This document shows positions 51,986 through 62,729 of a stretch of 64,000 bases of DNA, one piece after another. Source of the stretch: Mustelus asterias (taxonomy: Eukaryota); the NCBI RefSeq assembly GCF_964213995.1, contig NC_135803.1, positions 26,288,001 through 26,352,000 on the forward strand. The letters are read 5' to 3'. Within the stretch, counting starts at the first letter, position 1; each line of letters opens with the position of its first letter. The position numbers and the translations under genes are program-made. Under the pieces are notes generated by a model. The model saw only the letters and a program-made list of their open reading frames with translations, was not told the DNA's origin and did no database searches.

Positions 51986-53052
51986 AGAAATCCAATAGAA
52001 GATAAATGTCAGATTGCATCAGGATGTTTTTTTATCAGCAAAGCGCATGTAATCTCACTAAAATACTGGCAAGACATTTGTACAAGATCAACCTTTATGA
52101 CCAGGGGTTGTTTGTGGGAACCGGGTAGGTGGAGGTATTTGTATTGAGTTTGCATTTTGTGGATGCTGTCTTATAAAACAAGCTTTCACAAAACTATCCT
52201 ATGGCAAAGTATCAGGTTTTTCTTCAGTCTCTGTTTCACATCCACATTTGTTAGCTCTGTTTATAACTCCATCTTCATGGTGGGACAAGAGGAAATTATA
52301 GAGTTAAAAGGTAGTTGGCAGTTTCCAGGAATGGTCTAGTAACTCTTGCTTTCTTGATTAAAATGCTTCAGAGATTTGTTACTTTCGTTCCCTGATGTTT
52401 TTAAGAAGCTGGAATATGGTTTTTCTTTATTAGGATGAAACCTCAGTGAAGTATTCTACCGTGACCAAAAACAATAGCCCAGAAGAGGAGTTCAATCAGG
52501 AAACAATGATTAGATGATCCCAAATATGTGTTTTGAAAGCTTAGGGATTGTAGGAGTAATTGAAGACTGAAGGGGTAAGAATTTTTAATAGATTTTAAGT
52601 TTTGGAAAGGAATGATTTTGAGCACAAATTAAAGTAGCAAGTCACACTGAGAACACAAGGAAGACAGTGTAATTGTCATTTGAGAGGAAAAGAGTAATGA
52701 CCATATTAGTTTTTGATTATATTGATAAAGGTTGTCCATGAGGGAGCTTGGAGCCCAGAGGTGAGAGAAGGATCATCAATCAAATTTCTTGTATCTCATC
52801 AATGAGTAAAAGAGGAAAAGAAGTGTTTACCGCAGGGAAAAAAATCTTGTTCCCTTCAGCCAGCTTTAGCAATACAAGAGATGCAGTTCTATTAGAGATC
52901 AGTGGAGATAGTGAGATCAAGAATTGGAGGAGACTAAGATGAAATGAACAAAGGTAAGAGATACTAATTTGATGGCAGGATTTTGTAGCATTTATAATAC
53001 TTAAATATAGTTTGCTTTTGTCATTTCAGATGCATCTTTGTTTTCTTTACAG

Positions 53053-54689
53053 GTGACATTTTGAACCTCAAAACTTTCCGTACTTGGGAATTCAATGCAA
53101 GCCACCCCAGCAGATCAGTTCTGTTCCCGTTGGTCACAACTGGATTTTCATTCACAATACTTAAAGTTTTACACAATTCTGACCTTTTTGGCAGCATTCT
53201 AAACAGCTACAGTTTGTTGGTTTTCCCAAGATTCTACCTGACATGCCTGTCCTTTATACTAGACTATTCTGTATACCATTTAGCCTGTCTCTGGGGAACA
53301 GATCCATGGCATGCTTTAACACTGCTGAGTGGGTCACACGTGATGCTGGTTTTTTACACCAGGACATTTTCAAATGTTATAGAAGCAGCTCTTTTTGCAT
53401 TACTGCTGCTGTTGGTGGCCATGGACATAAAGCGAGCAAGCGTGGCACCGCATCCTGGGAAAAAGGAAAGAAAGAACAATAAACATCTTATCGGGATTGT
53501 TTTGGTTTCAGGTTTTTTTAACAGACCCACATTCATTGGTTATGCTTTAGTACCAATGCTCCTGTGGCTTTCTCATGATCAGAAAGGCACATTTCAATTC
53601 TGTTTAACACAAATTGTGAAGAATTTGTTTGGTCTTTTGTCTTCTGTAATTGCAACCAGCTTTCTTTTCATTGTGACAGATGCCTTGTATTTTGGTTCAT
53701 TGTTGTCTGGAACGGATTGGCTTTTGAAAGACGGGAATACCATGTATTCACTATTTGTCAACATAAGCCAATGTCTAGTTTTAACCCCTGTCAATCTCAT
53801 TTTGTATAACTTGGACCGAAAAAGCCTTATTGCACATGGTAGTCATCCCTGGTTTACACATCTGACTGTGAATGGCTTGCTGCTGTTTGGTGCTCTTCAT
53901 GTATCTGCTGTTGTAACTGGTGTCAAAACAATGGTCAGCAAACTTGCCTGCAAAGCCAACTGTCATATTTCTCGCAATGACAATTTGAAAAAGGAATTGC
54001 CAGCGCAATGTCCTGCTGCTACTCAAATTACTGAATACTTATTGTTGGTTTATTTTATCCCTATCATCATTCTGTCAATGTTTAGTCATCAGGAACCACG
54101 CTATATTAGCCCACTCATTGTGCCACTTGTTATTCTCAGTGCTCCAAAGTGTGAAATGCTGAAGTGGAAAGTTGTAATAGTCCTGTTTAATGTCTTGGGG
54201 TCAGTGCATTTTGGTTGTCTGCACCAGGGTGGATTAATTCCTTGTCTGTCCTATTTAGAAAAAACACTTCACTCAAAGAATCCTCTGGCTAACCCACTTG
54301 AGCATAGTTTGGTATTTTACCACACCTACATGCCTCCTAGGTATCTCCTGAATGTTAAATCGGACCAGGAGTTTACTCGAATCATTGACCTGGCAGGGTC
54401 CGATGTGTCTATGCTCAATAACACAGTGAATGGGCTATTTGACAATTTCTCTTCTAAACACATGGGCAATAATCAGGAAATGAATATCTACATCATCGCA
54501 CCTGGCACTGTTCAGGATGATATTGATAACTGTGGTTTACAGTGGAAAACTGTTGCATCATTCTTCCCTCATTTAACTATGGAAGATCCTCCTGACATTC
54601 CTTCTCTTCTTTCTGAAGATGGATTGAACCAATTGAGTCTTTACATTTTCAAAGTGCATACAAAGTCAAAGAAATCAGAAACTGAATAG
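53053..54689 (+). CDS. PIGZ: PIGZ exon 3, GPI mannosyltransferase 4 (large terminal exon)
   Basis: Long multi-transmembrane ORF with WEF, RTFSN..E, G.FNRPTF, HG.HP, HQEPR, HQGG, HTYMPP and FPHL..E.PP motifs; ttttctttacag acceptor in phase 1 continues exon 2 (G-DILNLK); TAG stop. Confidence 0.95.
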
Positions 54690-55205
54690 GACTCTGTTTG
54701 GTTTTGGTGTCTTCCTGTTCTCTATTTCTGTAGTATGTTTGTGGGTATTTTGGTGCAGGGTCGAACTGTTAAAGCATCAAGGTCCTTTTATAGAACTTGT
54801 GTAAGTATTTGCAGTAGTTGAAACCTGAACACAATGGAATAAGACATCTTTAAACATGATTTTAACAAACATAATCATGGGATTTCAGTCAAAGAAACAC
54901 ACAGAAATAATGTACCTAAATATTGTAGTTTAGTTTCTCATCTGGAGAACAGTTATCATGTAACCAAAGTCTTCAGAAAACTGGATTAAAATTATTAGAT
55001 GGTGATCCTGGGCAGTATATTGAAATGGGTTTATGGCCTCTAGTTTCCCTTCTCTGAGCTACTAATTTGGGTGTTCTTAGGCAGATCCCCATTGCCTATA
55101 CGAGTAGTCTATTAATTCATGACATTGGTGAAAAAGACTAAAGAAACTTTATATTTTGCTATGTAATGATGTGGGGCAAATGGGTGGAGGAATCCTTAAG
55201 AAAGG

Positions 55206-55261
55206 AATAAAACTTGATATTTATGAGAACAAATGTATTGTTTTGTGTTTTGGGAAATAAA
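55206..55261 (+). terminator. Candidate PIGZ polyadenylation signals (AATAAA at 55206 and 55256)
   Basis: Two AATAAA hexamers about 520-570 bp after the stop; a GT/T-rich tract follows the first. Confidence 0.45.
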
Positions 55262-56936
55262 ATGTTACATTACAAAGCCTCTTTGTAATGCTGGGTGCGT
55301 CATAATATCATAGTTCTCGTGATCACGTTACAACAATTGTAATATAGAGAAAATGAGACATATCAATTGTACCATCTATTTCCCTTCCAACCTTATGTTT
55401 CTTGTTGCTGATATTAAATGACGTATCTAAAGGTGTGCACACCAGGTAAGATAATTTTTCAGTTTTTTTTTCATATAGTGAATGTGATCCATTTCCCCTT
55501 TTTGTCTTATAATGTATCAGTTAGCATTTGGAACACTTTGACCTACATGTGATGATGGAAGATTTATATTCATTTTGCAATACTTGTGCTAGATCGAAGA
55601 GAAATGGTCAAACTGAACACAAGGTGCATCTCATCTTTTCAGATCAAGTTGTGCTCCAATTTTATGGATGAAGACATTGTGCAATTTGAGAGGAGCTGCC
55701 TTTTCTTCCATGTTAGGGTATACGTGTGTAAAGTAGATAAGTATAATTTTAAATGGTGAAGGGAGACACTTTCCTTCCTACTGAACTAATAATGGATAGC
55801 TATTCCATTATACTTGACAAGATTAATTTAGTCCAATGATGTTATTCCCAGAAAGAAAGCACCAATTATTTTCCCTTTTCAGGAAAGTGGCTGACATTTG
55901 CAAAAAAAAAATCATGCATTGGAAGTGATCCAGTTATTAATGTAACATGCAATGAGATGGAAAACAAAAATTAAATGATGCGGGGAGGAGAGAAAATGAA
56001 AATGTTGTAATGTACAAGTGACAACATTGAAAGAGGAATTAAATTCGTTGATTACTTTAGCAAGTGTTAAATTTTATTTAGGGAAATCTGCAGAACAGAA
56101 TAGTCATAAAGACCAAACATTAGTGATTATTCTAGAGCCTAAGATTTTCAAAACTTTACACAATTTCAGGACAGAGAATATCCTCATTTAATCCTATTAG
56201 AACATTCTCATTCAATAAGGAGCCCTTTTAGGCAATTAGAGGGGAAAACAAATTGGTAACCCCCATGTTGTAAAGGGATGGAGATGATAATTCACAAATT
56301 TTAGAAATGTTTTGGTAATTAATTCCTTTGACTACAGGAAATGATGCTTATGCACAATTCAAGTGACAACAGATGGGATGTAAATTCTGCCCTTGCCAGC
56401 AATGCTCTCATCTTATGAAGGAATAAAAAAGATTGTGAGCAGAATACCAGTTTTAGGAAAACATTGCCAGCTCATGCTGGGGGTGAAAAATGAATAATTA
56501 TAAGTACATCAGTAAGGTCTGTACTAGACAGAAAAAGTAGTCTTGATTTTACATTAAGGGATAGATGTTAAAGCAGGCTCATCCAGCCTGTAAACCGAGG
56601 GCCATAATGTGACCTGTGAAGCTCCTTTTTGCGGTCCCTGGATCCACTAATCAAAATGTTGGTAAGACCAGTCAAATAATTCTGCAAAGGGCTGCCCCCT
56701 CAAATCACAGCCTGTTTCTCTACTATGTTTGCTGCTGATATGTGGAGAGACTATGGAGCACACCAGGCCAAACGGACCCCTGGCTCTCTCTCCACCTCCA
56801 CCCGGCACACTTGTGCCACTTCCTCCCTCAGCTTTTCCTGCACCTCTCCTCGCAGCCCCCCCCCCCCCCCCCCAGCTCTTGCTGCTTTCTTCCCACTCTC
56901 TCCAGTTTTTCCCTAGCTCTTACTGCATTCCTCCCA

Positions 56937-57099
56937 GTCTTTGAGCGTATCACAGGCAAGGCTTCCCACCTGGCCCATTATAATACGTGGCAGACCATTA
57001 GCTCCTGGGAGATCCAGACTGCTGCTGCCTGAGGAACTGGCCAAGCACGCTGTGTTTGAGGGGACAAAGGTGGTGACCAAGTACACCAGCTCCAAGTAA
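56937..57099 (+). pseudogene. Histone H2B C-terminal pseudogene fragment
   Basis: Translates as [29 protein letters not shown], then a frameshift, then [25 protein letters not shown]. This matches the H2B C-terminal half; the N-terminus is missing and no 3' stem-loop is seen. Confidence 0.9.
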
Positions 57100-58021
57100 A
57101 ACTGTGCTGTAGTGAAAAACACACCCACCTCTTGATGCCATACCTCCTGATTGACTATAAATATCATCACACGCGATCTGGTAACAGGCCCAAGTGGTGA
57201 TGTCCCAGATCTCAACTTTCCATGCAAAATCTGGACAACCCACAACCACTTGATAGATTGCTCCACGTGAGGAATGGCTCAAATTTGACTCGCCATCCAA
57301 GTTAGACCATTGCCCATATGCTGAACTTCTGTCTTGAAAGATCCTTTTTTAGTGGCTTGACAATTCACACTGCATCAGCTGAAGCCATTGAATGGAATAT
57401 TAACATCGACATCAACTGCTTCTCCAGCCATTTCAATTTTTAAAAATCCCAATGGACAAAATTTGTGTGTCAGGATAGTTTTCCTTATAACAAACCATGA
57501 TTTAATGGTTCATCTGAAAGAAGACACCTCTGACAATGCTGCACTCCCTCACTACTACACTGCGGTGTCAATCTAGATTTGTGCCCCAGTCTCTCAAGTG
57601 GGAATTGAAGCTACAAGCTTCTAATTCATAAGTGAGAGGAGGGAAATGTGATACATTAATAATGCCAGATGTAATGAACTTACAAGTGATGAGAATCACT
57701 CAAAGAGCTTTAAGACAGTTTGGAGATGTGAGTTTGGCAAATTTAAACCTCAACCTAGACTTCTTGCTATAACAAAGTCAGAAATGCTGGAAATAGTAAT
57801 TGGTGGAGAAAGAATTAATGTTTCAGATGGATGATTCATCATAACTCATTTTTGAGCATATCACTTTTGTACTAAATTTATAGCTACTTAAATTTCTGAA
57901 AATTGCTTGACATCATTTTGTGCCCACTCAACAGTGTGTGGATACTATATTATTTGTAAAGAGCTAGGAACTAATTGTTTATGCAGATGTACATCCACAG
58001 TACTTCATTTACTGCTGCAAT

Positions 58022-58215
58022 TGGGGAGTTGGTTAGCTTAGTTGGCTGGGTGGCTGGTTAGTGATGGAGAGTTCAATTCCCATACCAGCTGAGGTTATTC
58101 ACAGAGGCCCCGTCTTCTCAACATTACTGCTCGTCTGAGGTGTGGTGATCCACTGGTTAAATCACCACCAGTTAGCGCTCTCTCATGGTAATCTGAGACT
58201 ATGGTGACTTTAGTG
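58022..58215 (+). mobile_element. Third tRNA-derived SINE family copy
   Basis: GGTTAGCTTAGTTGG A-box-like and GTTCAATTCC B-box-like motifs followed by a unique body; assigned by pattern only. Confidence 0.5.
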
Positions 58216-58799
58216 ACTATGGTGAACAACAGTCTGTCCAGCAGCCACGTGGGGAGCTGTAAGAAACATAGTTGGTGAAGTTCCAACATTTTCAATGTTA
58301 GTAAAAGTATGATTATTTTGGTTAGCACTGCTACCTCACAATGCCAGGGACCCAGGTTCGATTCCCAGCTTGGGTCACTGTGCGGAGTCTGCAAGTTCTC
58401 CCTGTGTCTGCGTGGGTTTCCACCGGGTGCTCCAGTTTCCTCCCACGGTCCGAAAGACGTGCTGGTTAGGTGCACTGGCCATGCTGAATTCTCCCTCAGT
58501 GTACTCGAACAGGTGTCAGAGCGTGGCGACTAGGGGATTTTCACAGTAACTTCATTGCAGTGTTAATGTAAGCCTACTTGTGACACTAATAAATAAACTT
58601 TTTTAAAAACGTAAAAGAAACATGAATGTAGAAAAAAAAGCAGCAGTCGATCATTTGGCCCTTCGAGCCTGCTTTGCCATTCATTTTGATAATCAAAATC
58701 AATATCCTGATTCTTCTGAGAGTTAGAAGGCATAACCCACACATCCTAAGCCTTTAAATATGAGCTCATGTATTTATTTTCGGAGGACACGATATATGT

Positions 58800-59310
58800 T
58801 TAAGGGAAACCTGCGCCTTTAACACTGGCCAGCCCTCATTGGCTGCTTGACTAGCCAATCAAATCCGGCTGGTTGCCGTTGAGCGCGCGACGATTTGAAT
58901 TGGCGGCCGGAGCGGCTTCACCGCCCGGGGTGAGGCAGCGGGCAGCGGCGCCAGGATGATCACCAGTAAGGTGGAGATGGACATTCCGCCTTTGCCCCTG
59001 CTCAGCCAAGACCACTCGCTGCTCCTGAATGCCCACGAGGAAAAAAAAACACTCTGTTGCCCCCACCCCTCTTTCCCCCCCCCCCCCCCCCAATTCCAAT
59101 TGCTGGCCCTGGACTATCTGCCGCGCTCTTTATCCTGGCCAACACTCTACCCATGATGGAGCCCAGCCCAGAGCTCGCGGTGCTGAGGAGGGGGGTGTCA
59201 TACAGCGTGCCGGGACGTGAAAGCCCCGGGACGTCTGACGTCATAAAGGTTCGTCATTGGACTACAATCCCCAGAGTGCCCTGCGGCGTCCATTGGGATT
59301 GTGGGTCACT
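58800..59310 (+). promoter_or_regulatory. CpG-island promoter of an unidentified gene: ATTGG 58838, CCAAT 58855, CDE GCGCG 58885-58889, CHR TTTGAA 58894-58899, donor GGG|gtgagg at 58929/58930, CRE 59236-59243, ZNF143/THAP11-type motif 59261-59284
   Basis: CpG island with canonical CDE-4 nt-CHR spacing, two NF-Y boxes, a perfect TGACGTCA and ACTACAATCCCCAGAGTGCCCTGC. Confidence 0.7.
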
Positions 59311-60019
59311 TGCATGCCAGCTGCCAACCCTCCAGTATTGACCCAGAGGTGGGCAATTAATCTCCAGCACACTGCTGCTGTAGCCCATTATTGGATCATT
59401 AAAGAGAAAGCGTATTTTTTTTTTAAAAAGTGCTCTTGGAATATTTTCAATTGTTACTGGTAAAGATATTGGATGTACGTAAAAAAAACTGTCAAATAAT
59501 CTGTCCAGATTGATTTAGTTTTATTTGCCGGGGGAGGTGGGGGGGGAAACACAGTCTTATGGTCCAGGTGGGCAGTGCGCTTGGACAAATGGTATGAGTG
59601 AGACTGTGGGATGGTTCAAGCAGGGTTAAGTTTTAAATTTATTTATTAATGGCACAAGTAGGCTTACCTTGACACTGCAATGAAGTTACTGTGAACATCA
59701 CCACTTCGACGCCTGTTTGGGTACACTGAAGGAGAATTTTTCATGGCCAATGCACCTAACCAGCACATTGTTCAGACTGTGGGAGGAAACTGGAGGAAAC
59801 CCACGCAGACATGGGGAAAAAGTGCAAACTCCGCACAGACAGTGACCCAAGCTGGGAATCGAACGCGGGTTCAAGGTGCTGTGAGCCAGCAGTGCTAACC
59901 ACTGTGCTACCTTGCCGCCCAAGTTAGTGAGAAACTGTCCCTTTTTTAAAAAGAGTTTATCCCTTAAGGGATGCCTTTCATCCCATGTTTCTAGGACAAG
60001 CTTTTTGGGAGACTAAATC

Positions 60020-60390
60020 AAAAGCACAGAATGCTGGAAAAGCTGAGCAGGCCTGATAGTATCTGTAGGAAGAGAACAACGCATTAGTGTTTCAGGTCCG
60101 TATCAGAATTAAAGAGAGGGAAAGTGTAATGGATATTATAGTGTAGTTGAGACAGATTGCAACAAGATCCAAAAAACTTAAGAAATAGGGTCAGGTAGCC
60201 CCATGGAGAAGTTGAGGGGGGGGGGGGGTGGGGGGGTGGAGAGAGGTTGCAGTGAAACAATAAATGTATAGGATAGAAAAAAAATTGAGATGGAGGAGGA
60301 AGGTCACAGTATAAAAATATTGAACTTAACGTTGAGCCTGAGGGCTGTGACATGTCTAATTGGAAGATGAAGTGTTGGTCCTCCACCTTC
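60020..60390 (-). mobile_element. Penelope-like second-family 3' remnant
   Basis: EDQHFIFQL..SQPSG remnant and the family terminal motif. Confidence 0.6.
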
Positions 60391-60981
60391 CAGATAGACA
60401 GAAAAAAAAGTTAAAAGTTTATTTATTAGTCACAAGTAAGGCTTAGTAAGGACTAGGTCGGAGGATACAGTGAATAAATGGCGAGGGTTTGGATGAAATT
60501 AAGGAATGGTATCTGATGGACTGGAAGAGATGGAGAGTCCCACACGGACATTGCTATCCATAAGAAATAGGAGCTTGTGTTCCTGAGTACCTGAAGAGAA
60601 GAGGAAAAGCTTCTTGTTAAAGCATTGTATGAAACGAGGAATAAGATGGAGCTGGGGATAAGGCCACTGATGCGGAGATGCGCAGATTGAAAAATAACAT
60701 TGCTTTAGTCTTCTGTTAGAAGTTTCATTACGTAATATATGGTTGTCCTGCAGCTATTGAAACAGATCACTCATAATTATGGGACTAGAGGTGCTGTGCT
60801 CTCATTGAATTCAGGAACTTACAGGCAGATATCACATGTAGGCAACTGCATGGCGTCACTATGAGGAGCTGGCCAGAATCCTCAAGGGAGCTTCCTCATG
60901 AGCTCCGCATATTCTTCACCATCAGAGATAAACTAACTACAGGATGGACTAATACTGCGTGGCCTGCGATTTGTCATCCCT

Positions 60982-61167
60982 ACTGCTCTCTAGAGGTACT
61001 ACACACAATAACTGCATCAAAGGCACCCCAGGTTGGAAGCAACCAGATACGGTTATAGCTCTTTTGCTACTTGTCCAGAAGGTTCCGGAAAAAAAAAAAC
61101 TGCTCTCTAGAGGTACTACACACAATAACTGCATCAAAGGCACCCCAGGTTGGAAGCAACCAGATAC
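60982..61167 (+). repeat. Perfect 69-bp direct repeat (60982-61050 and 61099-61167)
   Basis: Two identical copies of ACTGCTCTCTAGAGG...GCAACCAGATAC around a 48-bp insert. Confidence 0.95.
61051..61098 (+). pseudogene. U7 snRNA-like retrocopy, 3'-truncated with an oligo(A) tail
   Basis: GGTTATAGCTCTTTTGCTACTTGTCCAGAAGGTTCCGG-A(n) aligns without gaps to vertebrate U7 as I recall it (GTTACAGCTCTTTT...ATTTGTCTAG..GG). Flanked by a 69-bp direct repeat. Confidence 0.7.
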
Positions 61168-62729
61168 AGGGCCAAAAAATCACCGTACTGGCTCCCCATG
61201 TACATGGAGATGAAAAGGAAAATCTCCAAATGCACACTGTGCAATGTACTCAAGCGCATCCAGCGTAGGAAGCTGCTTTACACGAGGTCCCAGACCTCCC
61301 ATGGTCATTTACAGCAGCTGGCATCTTTGAGTGGAATAGTAAACAACACATTTAGTCTTAGTTGATTTGTATTCTGGGTGGTTTGAACGTGACTACCTGT
61401 CAAACATGACGAGTGAAACAGTCATAAAGCTTAAAAGACATGGCATCCGACAGAGACTCATGACAGACAACATTTGCCAATTTGTCTGCTGAATTTTGCA
61501 ACTTTGCACACACGTGACTTTGAGCATATCAGGAGCAGCCCCCATATCTACAGTCAAACGGCCTAGCGGAATGGATGATACGCTCAGCCAAACATTTTCC
61601 AGAGAAATGTGCAAGGAATTGAACAGACTACTATGCTGCACTCCTTAGCCTGCAAAATCTACCATGGCAGAATCTGCCTTCGTCAGCACAATAACTCTTC
61701 CAGGCGCAACAGGACCACAGTCGCTACTGCCAAGGCTCTGCTGTAGCTCAAACTTGAAAACAACGGGAATGATGCTCTCCTGCAACGCAGATTGAGAAGC
61801 AAAACGCACTATGATCGAGATGCCCACAGACTTGGCCATGACAAGTTGGCAGTGTACACAGCAATGCCCTGCAATCGAAGTCGCGTGGCAGCCTCAGGCG
61901 GAGACCACTATGTACACAATTACCGTCATCTCCTGCATGTATCAGACCCACCACAAACACCTAACATGGCACTTAAGTCATCCGGGCCCCCTGCACCAGC
62001 AGACATGCTGATAGTTACAGAGGCCGATGCAGTGAACCTTTGATGGAACATACAGATGAAACATCCCATGTGCCTAGCAATGAGGACACTGGCCACAGAA
62101 AGACTACAACACCACCAACTAGTGTAACGACAGTCTCAGGACTTCTGAGCAGGCCAAACACAAGATTCCAGGACTTTATTACCACTGTTTTTTCAATTTC
62201 AGTTTTCTTTCCAGCAGAAAAAGGGAGAGAGAAGGAGATGTGATGGCTATGCACCAATTGCTACAATCCGTACCTCAATATATATATGTTACATATATGT
62301 AAGTAATATGCGCTCGTTTGATTATATGTCACGCAGTGGTCTATACATGGTTTCCTGTTGCGCCCACTTATACCTCAAGTCACCTGGTGTTCCAACTAAA
62401 CAGGAAAGAAGTAGACCGAATGGTCACATGAGAACGTGATGACACGGCTATGAAAAGAAGTCACGAGGGCAGAAAGAGGAGGTTATATCCGGGAGAGCGG
62501 ACAGAGCACAAATGTTTAAGCAGTGAAAAAAGCTATCTTGTTAAAAGTCCTCTTGTCAGTGATTCAGGGAACCTACAACATCTACAACCTTGTCAAACAT
62601 CCGTGGGGAAATGGAAAGCAATGAAGCAAAGTTGGTAAAATAAACAAGCGGAAATCCTGTCAGAGAGAAAAGTAATAATTCTTCAAGGTAGGCATTCCTG
62701 TAAAAGAAGTGGCAATGGATTAAAGAGTA

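Larger units (their letters stand above)
60800..62580 (+). mobile_element. Gypsy LTR retrotransposon 3' part (integrase, polypurine tract, LTR)
   Basis: Frameshifted integrase remnants (C..C..., PWS..A.IFEW...LVLVD.YSGWFE); polypurine tract at about 62218-62238, then a TG-starting LTR from 62239 to about 62580 (..ACA). Confidence 0.75.

Noticed and set aside
55441-55885. Strong donor and acceptor-like sites downstream of PIGZ suggesting an extra gene
   Set aside because: No recognisable coding frame and only motif-level evidence.
58956-59341. ORFs MITSKVEMDIPPL... and ...MMEPSPELAVLRR... in the CpG island, joinable by an indel in homopolymer runs
   Set aside because: No recognisable protein family. 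They lie after a strong donor (probably intron 1) and overlap promoter motifs, and GC-rich DNA gives ORFs by chance. Not fully excluded without RNA data.
56937-61098. Functional link between the H2B fragment and the nearby U7-like copy
   Set aside because: Both are truncated and look non-functional, and they differ in apparent age; proximity is most simply coincidence.
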